DNA of 64,000 bases from an uncultured Gammaproteobacteria bacterium (GCA_963741255.1 CAVUHM010000013.1:50584-114583); one strand, 5' to 3'; counted from the first letter of the stretch, positions 18,963-32,390 are shown. Program-made: numbers and translations. Notes: generated by a model from the letters alone, not told the origin.

Positions 18963-19407
18963 TTGGCCAGCAGCGCGCGAGCGCGTCATCTCGCCCGGGA
19001 GTTGCTCGTCAAAGCGCTCTATCAGTGGCAAATCGCCGGCCACGACGTCGCGGAGCTCTCGGCGCAATTCGCGGTGCTCCCAGACTTCGAGCGCTGCGAC
19101 CGCGACTTCTTCGCGGCGTTGCTGACCATCGTCATCGATGACTCGGCAGCGCTCGATGCGCTGATCGCGCGGCACGCCGCCCGTGGCCGTCGACCAGCTG
19201 GACGCCGTGGGCCACGCGATCCTGCTGTTAGGATTGGCCGAGCTCAAAGCTCGCAACGACGTCCCCACCAAGGTCGTGATCAACGAGGCCGTCGAGCTCG
19301 CGAAGCGCTACGGCACCACCGACAGCTACAAGTTCGTGAACGCCGTTCTCGACAAGACCTCGCGCGAGCTACGCGGTGAGCCCGCGGCTGCGCAGGGCAA
19401 GGCATGA
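18963..19407 (+). CDS. nusB: Transcription antitermination factor NusB (indel near 19185)
   Basis: RARHLARELLVKALYQW, then VPTKVVINEAVELAKRYG...FVNAVLD in a second frame; follows ribH. Confidence 0.92.
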
Positions 19408-20357
19408 TCGGCGAGTTCGAGATCATCGCGCGCTACTTCACGCGCGAGAGCCGCGACCCCGACGTCGTGCTCGGTGTTGGCGACGATGCGGCGGTACTCG
19501 CGATCGACGGACTCGCGGCCGTGACCGTCGACACTCTCGTGCCCGGAGTGCACTTTCCCGACGGCATGGCGCCGGAGCTGCTCGGCTACCGGCTCATGGC
19601 CGTGAACTTGAGCGATCTTGCGGCGATGGGCGCGGAGCCGCGGTGGTGCACACTCGCGCTGACGTTGCCGAAGGCGAACGAGGCTTGGCTCGAAGGTTTC
19701 AGCCGCGGCCTGTTCGAGCTCGCGGAGCGCTACGGCGTGAGCCTCGTCGGAGGCAATCTCACGCGCGGATCGTTGAACTTGACGCTACAACTCATCGGGC
19801 GCGTCGAGCGATCGCGGATGCTGACCCGCGGCGGCGGCCACGTCGGCGACGACGTCTACGTCACGGGCACGCTCGGCGATAGCTCGGCCGGTATCGCGCT
19901 GATCACAGAGCGTACGGCGGCGCCGGACGGCTCGGCGGCGGCAGCCTTGAAGCAGCGCTTCGAGCGGCCGGTGCCGCGCGTCGGGGCGGGCCTGGCGCTC
20001 GGCCCGCTCGCGACGGCCGCGATCGACATCTCGGATGGGTTGTTGGCGGACCTGGGCCACGTCTGCAACGCCAGCGGTTGCGGAGCGACGATCGACGTCG
20101 AGCGGGTGCCGTTGTCCGCGGAGCTGTTGTCGCTGTTTCCGCCGCGCGAAGCGCTCGCGCACGCGCTTGGCGGCGGCGACGACTACGAGCTGTTGTTCAC
20201 GGCTCCGCCCTCGCGGGCCGAGGAGATCGAGGCCGCGCTCGAGGCTTCGGGCACTCCGTTTCGCCGCATCGGCCAGCTCGTCGAAGGCGAAGGGGTCGTG
20301 TGCCGCCAAGACGGCGAGCCGTTCGTTCCGGCTGCACGTGGCTACCGCCACTTCTAG
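19404..20357 (+). CDS. thiL: Thiamine-monophosphate kinase
   Basis: GEFEII, GVGDDAAV, AVNLSDLAAMGA, DISDGL, GGDDYELLFT. Confidence 0.96.
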   Translation: MIGEFEIIARYFTRESRDPDVVLGVGDDAAVLAIDGLAAVTVDTLVPGVHFPDGMAPELLGYRLMAVNLSDLAAMGAEPRWCTLALTLPKANEAWLEGFSRGLFELAERYGVSLVGGNLTRGSLNLTLQLIGRVERSRMLTRGGGHVGDDVYVTGTLGDSSAGIALITERTAAPDGSAAAALKQRFERPVPRVGAGLALGPLATAAIDISDGLLADLGHVCNASGCGATIDVERVPLSAELLSLFPPREALAHALGGGDDYELLFTAPPSRAEEIEAALEASGTPFRRIGQLVEGEGVVCRQDGEPFVPAARGYRHF

Positions 20358-20375
20358 TCGTTCGATTGGAGCCGC

Positions 20376-20846
20376 GTGAGCGCGCTGCGCGATCCCGTGC
20401 ATTTTCTGGCCTTCGGTTTTGGCGCGGGCTTGTTGCCGCGTGCGCCAGGTACCTGGGGCAGCCTCGTCGGCCTCGTTGCGGCGTGGTGGCTGCTCGACCT
20501 GCCATGGCCGTGGCGGATCGGCGTCGTGGCCGCGGTGATCGGAGCCGGGATCTTCATCTGCGGCGAAAGCGCCCGCCGACTCGGCAAGCACGACGATCAA
20601 CGCATCGTTTTCGACGAGATTTCGGGCGTGCTGCTGACGGCCCTTGCAGTCACGGAAAGGAGCGTCGTTTCACTCGCGTTAGTGTTTGTATTTTTTAGGG
20701 TTTTCGACATCGTGAAGCCCTGGCCGATCCGCGATGTGGATCACAGTCTAAAAGGCGGCCTCGGAATTATGCTTGATGACCTAATTGCCGCCGCTTTCGC
20801 GGCTGCATGTGTATTAACGATTCGAGTAGTGTTGCCCACGATCTAG
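20376..20846 (+). CDS. pgpA: Phosphatidylglycerophosphatase A
   Basis: APGTWGS, IVFDE, FRVFDIVKPWPI, GGLGIMLDD. Confidence 0.95.
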   Translation: MSALRDPVHFLAFGFGAGLLPRAPGTWGSLVGLVAAWWLLDLPWPWRIGVVAAVIGAGIFICGESARRLGKHDDQRIVFDEISGVLLTALAVTERSVVSLALVFVFFRVFDIVKPWPIRDVDHSLKGGLGIMLDDLIAAAFAAACVLTIRVVLPTI

Positions 20847-20851
20847 TTGCC

Positions 20852-22172
20852 ATGGCTCAGGCCAACGCCCCAGCTCCCACCGAGAAGCGTGTCTCCCGCG
20901 ACGTGCCCGAGCGCATCGGCAAGTACGTGATCATCAATGAGGTTGGGCAGGGCAGCACCGGGCGCGTGTTCCTGTCCCACGACCCGTACTACGGCCGCGA
21001 CGTTGCGATCAAGCTCTACAACATCGAGAACGAGGAAGACGAGCAGAAGGCGCGCGTAACTCGGAAGATGTTCTTCAACGAGGCGCAGATGATGGGGCGC
21101 CTCCAGCACCCGAACATTCTGCCGATCTACGATGCCGGCGAAGAGAACGGCAGCTATTACGTCGTCACCGAGCACGTGCATGGCGCGCGCACGCTGAACG
21201 CGTATTGCCGGCCCGACAACCTGCTTCGGATCGACGACGTCGTCGAGATCTTGTTCAAGTGCGCGAAGGGTTTGCACTACGCGCACGGCCGCGGCGTGAT
21301 CCATCGCGACATCAAGCCCAGCAACATCATGCTCACGCTCGACAACGACGTGCGCATCATCGATTTCGGCATCGCGTTGATCAAAGACTCCGACGTCTCA
21401 CGGATCGAAGGAATTGCCGGCAGCCCGAGCTACATGTCGCCCGAGCAAGTTCAATCGGCCGAGATCACGCACAAGTCCGACATCTATTCCTTGGGCGCCG
21501 TCATGTACGAGCTCCTGACGGGCTACCGACCGTTCCGTGCGAACAGCCTGAGCAAGCTGCTGCACCAGATCGTGTATGCGACGCCGCCGCCGATCCACAC
21601 GCTGCGCGAGGGTATCCCCGAAGAGATCGAGAACGTCGTTACGACGGCGCTCTTGAAAGAACCTGAGCAGCGCTTCGGCAGCGCGATCGACTTCGCGGGC
21701 GCGCTGACGAAACTGCATCAGAAGCTGCGGAGCGAGTCCGATCGTCTCGATCGGCAGGAACAGTTCGACTTGCTTCGTAAGCTGCGCTTCTTCCACGACT
21801 TCTCGCACGCCGAGATTTGGGAAGTGCTGCGCGCGAGCGAATGGTGCACGTACCAGGCCAACGACGAGATCATTCGCGAGGGCGAGCTCGATGATCGGTT
21901 CTACATCATCGTGAATGGCTCCGTCAGCGTCGAATCCGGCCGCCGGCAGACCGGTGTGCTCGGCGATGGAGACTGCTTCGGCGAGGCGAGCTACGTTCGC
22001 GGGGCGCGCCGCACGGCGACGATCAAGGCGACGGGACCGTTGACGCTCGTGCCGCGTGAGCTCGACGCTGCTCGAGCAGTCGTCGTCGGCTTGCCAGTTG
22101 CGCTTCAACAAGGTCTTCCTGCGCTCGCTGATCGAGCGGCTCCAAGGAATCGCCACTCCGGCCGCCCCTTAA
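20852..22172 (+). CDS. Cytoplasmic Ser/Thr kinase with C-terminal cyclic-nucleotide-binding domain (indel near 22050)
   Basis: VAIK, HRDIKPSN, DFG, GSPSYMSPE; IIREGE...FYIIVNGSV...CFGE...RTATIKA; corrected end QLRFNKVFLRSLIERL...* at 22172. Confidence 0.88.
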
Positions 22173-22182
22173 GGCGCCGCGA

Positions 22183-22434
22183 TCAATCGTCCGTCGAAGG
22201 CGTGAACGGGCTCGGCTCGGCCGTCGCGGTTTTCTTCAGCAGAATCTCGACCTTTTGCTCCGCTTCCTGCAGCGCGGCCTGACATCGGCGCGTGAGCTTC
22301 ACTCCGTGCTCGAACTCCTTCAGCGCCTGCTCGAGCGGCAGGTCGCCGGCCTCGAGGCGCGTGACGAGCGCCTCGAGCTCTTCGAGCGATTTTTCGAGGC
22401 CGCCCAGGCCCAAGTTCTTGTCGGTCGCAGTCAT
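22183..22434 (-). CDS. xseB: Exodeoxyribonuclease VII small subunit
   Basis: EKSLEELEALVTRLEAGDLPLEQALKEFEHGVKL...AEQKV. Confidence 0.95.
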   Translation of the reverse strand: MTATDKNLGLGGLEKSLEELEALVTRLEAGDLPLEQALKEFEHGVKLTRRCQAALQEAEQKVEILLKKTATAEPSPFTPSTDD

Positions 22435-22500
22435 CGAAGTGGCAGCCATGGGGGAGGCGGCCACGGTACACAGCGTGCCGCGAAAGTTCAAACGTGCGAG

Positions 22501-22556
22501 TTGACAAGATTTCACCGCGCGGAATAGGCTGACCTCACGTTCTAGACAAAGTCTAA
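22501..22556 (+). promoter_or_regulatory. Sigma70 promoter and palindromic operator of rubrerythrin operon
   Basis: TTGACA (22501) - 18 nt - TAGGCT (22525); TAGAC-AAA-GTCTA at 22543-22555. Confidence 0.65.
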
Positions 22557-22617
22557 CAGCCGTCGCGGCCAGACTTCGGCGTCTGGTTCGAATCGAAAAG
22601 TCATTCGGAGAGCACTA

Positions 22618-23037
22618 ATGAAGTTGAAGGGCACCCAGACCGAGAAGAACTTGAAGGACGCGTTCGCCGGCGAGTCGCAGGCCAACCGTCGCTATCTGTA
22701 TTTCGCCGGTAAGGCGGACGTCGAAGGGTATAACGATGTTGCGGCAGTGTTCCGCTCCACGGCCGAAGGCGAGACCGGCCACGCGCACGGCCACCTCGAG
22801 TATCTCGAGGCCGTCGGCGACCCGGCTACGGGATTGCCGATCGGCGAGACGGGCAACAACCTGAAGGCTGCGATCGCCGGGGAGACTCACGAATACACCG
22901 ACATGTACCCCGGCATGGCCAAGGCGGCCCGCGGGGAAGGGTTCGAAGAGATCGCCGATTGGTTCGAGACGCTCGCGAAGGCCGAGCGCTCGCACGCGAA
23001 CCGCTTTCAGAAGGCGCTCGATACGCTCGGCAAGTAG
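22618..23037 (+). CDS. Short (aerobic-type) rubrerythrin
   Basis: [38 protein letters not shown] di-iron motifs; no rubredoxin domain. Confidence 0.93.
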   Translation: MKLKGTQTEKNLKDAFAGESQANRRYLYFAGKADVEGYNDVAAVFRSTAEGETGHAHGHLEYLEAVGDPATGLPIGETGNNLKAAIAGETHEYTDMYPGMAKAARGEGFEEIADWFETLAKAERSHANRFQKALDTLGK

Positions 23038-23114
23038 CTGACGCGTTTTCTTGTCATTGCGCGGCGCGCCCGGACCTCGAGGTCCGGGCGGCGCCCTGAA
23101 GGCGAGCAACGTCC

Positions 23115-24461
23115 GTGACTGACACCAAACCGCCGCGCCGCGAAGGTAGCCTCGAGGCGCCGACGCGCCACGCGCTCGATTGGCATTCGGCTCAGTTCAC
23201 GGACGCGAGCGCACTCGAAACCGAGCTCGCGCGCGTGTTCGACATCTGCCACGGCTGCCGACGCTGCTTCAGCCTGTGCAACGCATTTCCGACGCTATTC
23301 GATGCCGTCGATGCGACGTCGAGCGGCGAGCTGCACGACGTTCCGAAGCAAGCGTACTGGCAGGTCGTCGAGCACTGCTATCTCTGCGACATGTGCTACA
23401 TGACGAAGTGCCCGTACGTGCCGCCGCACGAATGGAACGTCGATTTCCCGCACCTGATGCTGCGGGCGAAGCACAAGGCGTTCGAGGATGGCAAGGCCAC
23501 GGTGCGCGACAAGATCCTGAGCTCGACCGACGCGGTCGGCAGCCTCGCAGGGATCCCCGTCGTCGCCGAGATCGTGAATGCAGTCAACGAGTCGAGTCTC
23601 GGGCGCAAGCTTCTCGAGAAGACGCTCGGCGTCGACGTCGAAGCACCCGTGCCGAAGTATCACTCGCGGAGCGCCCGCAAGCGGTTGGCCAAGCACGTCG
23701 GCCGCACGGCACCGCCGAAGCCCGCCGGCGAAACCCAAGGCCGTGTCGCGGTGTTCGCGACCTGCTACGGCAATCGCAATCATCCGGGCCTCGTCGAGGA
23801 TCTCGTCGCGGTCTTCGAGCACAACGGCATCGGCGTCGCGTTGGTCGGCAGCGAGCGGTGTTGCGGCATGCCGAAGCTCGAGCTCGGCGATTTGAAATCG
23901 ATCGAGCGCCTGAAGGACGAGAACATCGACGTGCTGGACGCCTATGCCCGCGACGGCTGGGACTTGAGCGCCGTGATCCCTTCGTGCGTGCTGATGTTCA
24001 AGCAAGAGCTGCCGCTATTGTTTCCCGACGACGAGCGCGTGCGTCGCGTGGCCGAGGCCTTCTTCGATCCGTTCGAATATTTGATGCTGCGCCACCGCGA
24101 AGGATTGCTCTCGACCGAGTTCAAGACGAGCCTAGGCAAGGTCAGCTACCAGGTGCCGTGCCACCTGCGGGTGCAGAACATCGGCTTGAAGACGCGTGAC
24201 GTGTTGCAGCTCGTGCCCGACACGTCCGTTCACACGATCGAGCGTTGCTCCGGCCATGACGGCACTTATGGCGTCAAGAAGGAATATGCCGCGATTTCGC
24301 GCAAAATCGCACGGCCGGTCGCGCGCCAGGTCGATAACGCGGAGGCGCAGCACTTCACGAGCGATTGCCCGATGGCCGCCGAGCAGATAGCCACGGTTGC
24401 CGACGCCGACATCGAGCCTACGCACCCGATCCAGCTGCTGCGACGCGCCTACGGAATTTGA
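23115..24461 (+). CDS. Rubrerythrin-associated Fe-S oxidoreductase (GlpC/HdrD-like, CCG domains)
   Basis: CHGCRRCFSLC, CYLCDMCYMTKCP, RCCGMP, CSGHDG. Confidence 0.9.
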   Translation: MTDTKPPRREGSLEAPTRHALDWHSAQFTDASALETELARVFDICHGCRRCFSLCNAFPTLFDAVDATSSGELHDVPKQAYWQVVEHCYLCDMCYMTKCPYVPPHEWNVDFPHLMLRAKHKAFEDGKATVRDKILSSTDAVGSLAGIPVVAEIVNAVNESSLGRKLLEKTLGVDVEAPVPKYHSRSARKRLAKHVGRTAPPKPAGETQGRVAVFATCYGNRNHPGLVEDLVAVFEHNGIGVALVGSERCCGMPKLELGDLKSIERLKDENIDVLDAYARDGWDLSAVIPSCVLMFKQELPLLFPDDERVRRVAEAFFDPFEYLMLRHREGLLSTEFKTSLGKVSYQVPCHLRVQNIGLKTRDVLQLVPDTSVHTIERCSGHDGTYGVKKEYAAISRKIARPVARQVDNAEAQHFTSDCPMAAEQIATVADADIEPTHPIQLLRRAYGI

Positions 24462-24471
24462 CGGAGGGCTT

Positions 24472-25053
24472 ATGGACAAGCTTGCGGTCGCCGACCTCCT
24501 CACACTCGAGCAGTACCACAAGGAGCGGCCGCGCTTGCGAGCGGAGGTGCTCGCCCACAAGCGCCACCGCCAAGCGCCGCTGGGGCCGAATCTCACGCTG
24601 TATTTCGAGGACCGCGTCACGATGCGGTACCAGGTTCAGGAGATGCTGCGCGCCGAGCGGATCTTCGAGTCCGAGGCCATCGCCGAGGAGCTCGCCGCGT
24701 ACAACCCGCTGATTCCGGACGGCACGAATCTGAAGGCCACGATGATGCTCGAGTACCCGGACGTCGACGAACGCCGGCCCGCTCTCGAGCGCCTGCGCAG
24801 CGTCGAGAACGCCGTGTATCTCGAGGTCGGCACGCTCGGGCGCGTGTTCGCCTATGCCGACGAGGATCTCGAGCGCAGCGATGCTACCAAGACCTCGGCC
24901 GTGCATTTCTTGCGCTTCGAGCTCGACGCGGCCATGTGCGCGGCCTTGAAGGCCGGCACGCAGCTGAAGCTCGGCGTCGATCACGAGCACTATCGCCATG
25001 AGCTCGACGCGCCCGCCGAATTGCGAGCCGCGCTGACAGCGGACCTCGACTGA
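24472..25053 (+). CDS. DUF3501 family protein
   Basis: YQVQEMLRAERI, YNPLIPDG, KTSAVHFLRF; third gene of the rubrerythrin cluster; GGAGGG SD. Confidence 0.88.
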   Translation: MDKLAVADLLTLEQYHKERPRLRAEVLAHKRHRQAPLGPNLTLYFEDRVTMRYQVQEMLRAERIFESEAIAEELAAYNPLIPDGTNLKATMMLEYPDVDERRPALERLRSVENAVYLEVGTLGRVFAYADEDLERSDATKTSAVHFLRFELDAAMCAALKAGTQLKLGVDHEHYRHELDAPAELRAALTADLD

Positions 25054-25136
25054 TTGCCGCTTGTCGCGGACGTGCTCGGACGCGTTACAATCGCGCCGGC
25101 CTACGTGGGAACTCGGGTCTTGTGCTCGGGTGTTAG

Positions 25137-27059
<1,923 letters not shown>

Positions 27060-27062
27060 CAT

Positions 27063-29291
27063 ATGAAAGAACAAGAGCTGAACTTCGACGGCATCGAGCG
27101 CGTTCCGCTCGCCGTATTCACGGAAAAGGCGTACCTCGACTACTCGATGTACGTGATCCTCGATCGTGCGCTGCCGCACATCGGCGACGGCCTGAAACCG
27201 GTTCAACGCCGCATCATCTACGCCATGAGCGACCTCGGTCTCTCGGCGACGTCGAAGCCGAAGAAGTCCGCGCGCACCGTCGGCGACGTCATCGGCAAGT
27301 TCCATCCGCACGGCGACAGCGCGTGCTACGAAGCCATGGTCCACATGGCGCAGAGCTTCAGCTACCGCTATCCGATCGTCGACGGGCAAGGCAACTGGGG
27401 GTCGCAGGACGATCCGAAGTCGTTCGCGGCCATGCGCTACACCGAAGCGCGGCTCACGCGCTACGCGCAGGTGCTGCTGAACGAGCTCGAGCACGGCACC
27501 GTCGATTGGCAGCAGAACTTCGACGGCACGCTCTCGGAGCCGATGCTGCTGCCGGCGCAGCTGCCGAACCTGCTCTTGAACGGCACGAGCGGCATCGCCG
27601 TCGGCATGTCGACGGACGTGCCGCCGCACAATCTCAAGGAAGTCGCGACGGCCCTGCTTCGCCTGCTCGACGATCCCGACACGACGCTCGGCGAGCTCAT
27701 GAAGCACATCAAGGGCCCCGACTTCCCGACGGGCGGCGAGCTCGTGTCGAGCCGCTCGGACCTCGTGCAGATCTACAAGACGGGCAACGGGACGCTGCGG
27801 CTGCGCGCCCGCTATGAGATCGAAGACGACGACATCGTGATCACGGAGCTGCCGTTTCAAACGTCGGGCGCGAAGGTGCTCGAGCAGATCGCGGCGCAGA
27901 TGACGGCGAAGAAGCTGCCGATGGTCGAGGATCTGCGCGACGAGTCGGACCACGAAAATCCGACGCGGCTCGTGATCGCCGCAAAGTCGAAGGTCGACCT
28001 CACGGCGTTGATGAACCATCTGTTCGCGACGTCGGAGCTCGAGCGGACGGTCCGGGTCAACATCAACGTCATCGGCCTCGACGGCCGGCCCGCCGTCTAT
28101 GGTTTGAAAGGGCTGCTCGAGGAGTGGCTGAAGTTCCGCACGGCGACCGTCAAGCGCCGGCTCGAGCACCGCCTCGAGCGTGTCGCGCAGCGCTTGCACA
28201 TCTTGGACGGCCTGCTCGTCGCGTATCTGAACATCGACGAGGTCATCAAGATCATCCGCCGCGAGGACGAGCCCAAGCCCGTCCTCATGAAGCGCTTCAA
28301 GATCTCCGATGTGCAAGCCGAGGCGATCCTCGAGCTCAAGCTGCGTCACCTCGCGAAGCTCGAAGAGATGCAGATTCGCACGGAGCAGAAAGGTTTGTCG
28401 GAGGAGCGAGCGGATCTCGAAGGTACGCTGAAGTCGAAGGCGAAGCTCACGAAGCTGATGAAGGGGGAGATCGAGGAGCTAGCCGAGAAACATGGCGACA
28501 AACGCCGCACCGGCATCGTCGAGCGTGACGCCGCGCAAGCGATCGACGAGTCGGAGCTCGTCACTAGCGAGCCCGTCACCGTCGTTCTCTCCGAGCGCGG
28601 TTTCGCGCGCGCAGCGAAGGGTCACGACATCGACGTCATCGGGTTGTCATACAAGGCCGGCGACCAGTTCCTCGCGTCCGCACGCGGCAAGAGCAACCAG
28701 CTCGCTGTATTCATCGACAGCACGGGGCGCTCGTACAGCGTCGGCGCGCACACGCTGCCCTCGGCGCGAGGGCAAGGCGAGCCGCTCGCGGGCTTTTTCA
28801 ATCCGCCCGATGGCGCGAGCTTTCGCGGAGTGTTGATCGGCGCGCCGGAGGACAAGTGGGTCGTCGCGTCCTCGGCCGGCTACGGGTTCGTCGTGCAGCT
28901 CGCGGAGCTGTACGCGAACAAGAAGGCCGGCAAGGCGGCGCTCCGGGTGCCCGAGGGCGGCACGGTCGTACCCGCGTCGCCGGTCGGCGCGGACGGCACT
29001 CGACTAGCCGCAGTGTCGAGCGACGGCCGCTTGCTGATTTTCCCGCTCGCGGAGCTGCCGGAGCTCAGCAAGGGCAAGGGCAACAAGATCTTGTCGGTGC
29101 CGAAGAAGGACGCCGTGGACCTCCGCGCGATCTGCGTGCTGACGCCGGAGCAGTCGCTGCGTGTCGATTCGGGCGAGCGGCACATGACGATCAAGGCGGC
29201 CGAACTCGACCACTACGCGGGCGCGCGCGGCCATCGCGGCATGGCGCTGCCGCGCGGTTGGCGGACCGTGGATCGGCTCAGCGCCGAGTAG
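27063..29291 (+). CDS. parC: DNA topoisomerase IV subunit A
   Basis: [37 protein letters not shown] (catalytic Tyr). Confidence 0.97.
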   Translation: MKEQELNFDGIERVPLAVFTEKAYLDYSMYVILDRALPHIGDGLKPVQRRIIYAMSDLGLSATSKPKKSARTVGDVIGKFHPHGDSACYEAMVHMAQSFSYRYPIVDGQGNWGSQDDPKSFAAMRYTEARLTRYAQVLLNELEHGTVDWQQNFDGTLSEPMLLPAQLPNLLLNGTSGIAVGMSTDVPPHNLKEVATALLRLLDDPDTTLGELMKHIKGPDFPTGGELVSSRSDLVQIYKTGNGTLRLRARYEIEDDDIVITELPFQTSGAKVLEQIAAQMTAKKLPMVEDLRDESDHENPTRLVIAAKSKVDLTALMNHLFATSELERTVRVNINVIGLDGRPAVYGLKGLLEEWLKFRTATVKRRLEHRLERVAQRLHILDGLLVAYLNIDEVIKIIRREDEPKPVLMKRFKISDVQAEAILELKLRHLAKLEEMQIRTEQKGLSEERADLEGTLKSKAKLTKLMKGEIEELAEKHGDKRRTGIVERDAAQAIDESELVTSEPVTVVLSERGFARAAKGHDIDVIGLSYKAGDQFLASARGKSNQLAVFIDSTGRSYSVGAHTLPSARGQGEPLAGFFNPPDGASFRGVLIGAPEDKWVVASSAGYGFVVQLAELYANKKAGKAALRVPEGGTVVPASPVGADGTRLAAVSSDGRLLIFPLAELPELSKGKGNKILSVPKKDAVDLRAICVLTPEQSLRVDSGERHMTIKAAELDHYAGARGHRGMALPRGWRTVDRLSAE

Positions 29292-31345
29292 AGACTACTT
29301 CCCCGAGCACGACCTCGGGCTCGTGGACGTAGTGGCCTTGCACGAAGGCCACGCCGAGCTGGAACAGCACGGCCATCGTGTTGGCGTCCTCGACGCGCTC
29401 GGCGATCGTCGGGATCCCGCGGCCGGTCGCCGAGTTGACGAAGATACGGACCTTGTCCTGTAGGGCTTGATCGGTCGAGATGCCCTGCATCAACGACCCG
29501 TCGATCTTGAGGAAGTCCATCGACGTTTGCGCGAGGACGCGTCCGGAATCGCGGCCGACGCCGAAGCTCTCGACTGCGAAACGGTGCCCGAGCTTGCGTA
29601 ATGCGTTCGCGAGCGCTTGAGTCTGCGTCAGGTATTGCGTCGCGTTCTCCTCGCTCACTTGGAAGCAGAGGTGATGCGGCGTAACGCCAGAGCTTTGGAC
29701 GGCTTTCTTCAGCCAGTCGAGCAGAGTTCGGTCGATCAACGACTCGGCGGATAGCTTGATGAATGCGCAGTCGAGCGGCGTCTTCGCGACGAAGTTCAGG
29801 CTCGCGCCGATGACCCAGCGGTCGATCGCTCGCATCAGGCGATTCCGCGCAGCGGCCGGCATGAACTCGGCGCCCGAAACCTCGTCGCCTTGGGCGTCGA
29901 TCATGCGCAGCACGGTGTCGTACATGATCTCCTGCTCGCCGCTCAGCGAAGCGATCGGCAGGTGAGCGAGCTTGAAACGATTCTCCATCAATGCCGACTT
30001 GATCTGCTGCACCCAGATCTCGTCGAAACGCTGCACGCGCGTGCTCTCGTCGGACGTCTGTTGCAGCACGACTTTATTGCCGCCCTGATCCCGGCCGAGC
30101 TGATTCGAGCGCTTCGCTTCGGCGATCAGCGCGTCCATTTGCGCTGTCGTCGGCCCGACTTCCGCGAGACCGATCGTGCAGGTGATCGGACAGCGTGTTG
30201 TGCGCGCTCTCGAAGACGCGTTGCGAGATCCGGGTCAACACGCTCTGCGCCCAGGCCTGAACGTCGCGCAGAGCGCCGCGCTCGAGGTACATCGTGAAGA
30301 TCTGCCCCCCGAAGCGACCGTAGACGTCGTTGGGCTGGGCGAGCTCGCGGAGCTGCTCCGCGATCTGCACGAGAACGTCCTCGCTCGAGAGCGGGCCGAT
30401 CTGCTCCTCGACCTCGCGAAACTTGTCGGGGCGTATGTACGCGAGCACGCGCACGCCGCCGCGCGCCGCCGAGTCGAGTCGATCCGTCAATACCTCGAGG
30501 AACCGGCGCCGATGATAGAAGCCCGTCGTCGCGTCCTTGTGGACCGCACGTTCGACGAGCTCCTCGGGCTCGCGCGTATCGCCCGGCGGGCGCGGCACGC
30601 TGAGCTTGACGCCGGGCTCGCCGTCGACCGAAGCGATCTCGAGCTGGAGCTCGATCGGCACCTTCGCGCCTTCGTTGGTCCGGGCCAACGCCTTGATCGA
30701 TTCGCCGGCCCATTGACCGCGGCCGCAAGCGACGAGCGCGCCTTTCAAGGCCGCCTGACTGGTGTTCTCGAAAAAGTCCATGAGCGGAGTGCCGACCAGG
30801 CCGTCGGTCTCGGGGTAGCCGAACAAGTCGGCCCACGCGCGATTCGCGTCCACGAGGATGCCCTCCTGCACGTGCGCGATCGCATCGACGGACCCGGCCA
30901 GGAATGCTTTGAGCTGTTTCTTGTACTGGTTCGCCGAGAGCAGCGTTTCGTTCAGCGCACGCTCGAGCCGGAACGATCGCAACTCACGCTCGGCGATGCT
31001 GCGTAGTCGCTCGATTTGTCCATGCGATACGAGGTCTTGTGCGCCGGCCAATAGGGCTTCGGCGATGTCGGTCTCGTCGGCGGCCTTGCTCACGACGACG
31101 AGCGGCACGGTGCCCCCGGCCTGCTGCTTGATCTTGGCGATCTCGCGGATCGGGGCCGGCAGGCTGTCGGGGAAGAAGCACAACAATTGCGGATCGTGAT
31201 CGTCGATCGCGCCGACGAGGGCTTCGAGCTTCGTGACCCAATGGCACCGCACCGGGTGCCCGCCGTCGCGTAGCGAGCGGTTGACGAGCTCGACGTCGTC
31301 TTCGCGACCGCTCAGCACGATCAGCGGTACCGGGGCTTGCGCCAT
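29278..31345 (-). CDS. FimX-like REC-PAS-GGDEF-EAL protein with degenerate domains (indels about 30140-30190)
   Basis: Degenerate REC ([13 protein letters not shown]), PAS ([13 protein letters not shown]), RFGGQIF in place of GGDEF, EAL-like domain ([20 protein letters not shown]). Confidence 0.82.
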
Positions 31346-31445
31346 CTTCTATATAAATCGTGTTGGCGGAACCCGCAGTGTAAGCAGCGTTCGGCGTCCT
31401 CAGACGGAAGTCGGTCACAATCGCAGCAATGCTTTCGCCGTCGGA

Positions 31446-32390
31446 TCAGGCGATCGAGGTTTTACTTAACTCCCCGGCGGTTTCGCGAACGAGCCGCGGC
31501 ACCAAGTAGCCGGGCAGCCGTCCGCGGAGCTCCGCGATCAGATTCTTACCGGTGTTCTCGTCGACTTCGTAGTGCGCTGCGCCCGCGACGCGATCGAGCA
31601 CGTGCAGGTAGTAGGGGAGAACGCCACACTCGAACAAGCGTTCGCTCAAGCGCGCCAGCGAATCGGCGTCGTCATTGACGCCCTTTAGCAACACCGCTTG
31701 GTTCAGCAGCGTGGCCAGCGGCCCGCGCAGCGCGGCGAGAGCGTGCTCGACGTCGAGGTCGAGCTCGTTCGCATGATTCGCGTGTAGGACGACGACGGTT
31801 CGGAACGGCGCGGCCGCCAGTATCCGCACGAGCTCGTCGTCGATTCGCTCGGGGACCACGACGGGGAAGCGCGTGTGAATCCGCACGGTGGCCAAGCCGG
31901 TATCGCCGAGCCGGACCAGGAGCTCGCGGAGGCGCCGGTTCGACAAGCTGAGCGGGTCTCCGCCGCTCAGGATCACCTCGCGTATGTCCGCAGCTTTTTC
32001 GAGCTCGGAGAGCGCGTGCGACCAATCCCCGCGCGCGGCGAGTTGCGTTGAATACGGAAAGTCGCGTCGAAAGCAGTAGCGGCAATGGATCGGGCAAGCT
32101 CCGCTCGCGATCAGTAGTGCCCGGCCCGCGTATTTCCGCAACAGTCCCTGATCTGCGAGTCCCTGTTCCCGCACCGGGTCCGAGGTGAAGCCTGGCGCCG
32201 CATCGAGCTCGCTGGCGGAAGGCCAGACCTGCCGCAGCAGCGGATCGTTGGCATCGCGTTTCCGCATCCGTGCGACGAAGCCCCTCGGCACGAGCAACGA
32301 AAACGACGTGGACGGCGCCGCAGCGAGTGCGGCTGCAGGTAGCTCGAGTAGCCGTAGTAATTCGGCCGGGTCGCGCACCGCGTTTCGCAC
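31446..32390 (-). CDS. epmB: EF-P beta-lysylation protein EpmB (KamA-like radical SAM); true start probably further upstream
   Basis: CPIHCRYCFRR, ILSGGDPL, PYYLHVLD, LPGYLVPRLVRE; divergent from efp. Confidence 0.94.
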   Translation of the reverse strand: MRNAVRDPAELLRLLELPAAALAAAPSTSFSLLVPRGFVARMRKRDANDPLLRQVWPSASELDAAPGFTSDPVREQGLADQGLLRKYAGRALLIASGACPIHCRYCFRRDFPYSTQLAARGDWSHALSELEKAADIREVILSGGDPLSLSNRRLRELLVRLGDTGLATVRIHTRFPVVVPERIDDELVRILAAAPFRTVVVLHANHANELDLDVEHALAALRGPLATLLNQAVLLKGVNDDADSLARLSERLFECGVLPYYLHVLDRVAGAAHYEVDENTGKNLIAELRGRLPGYLVPRLVRETAGELSKTSIA

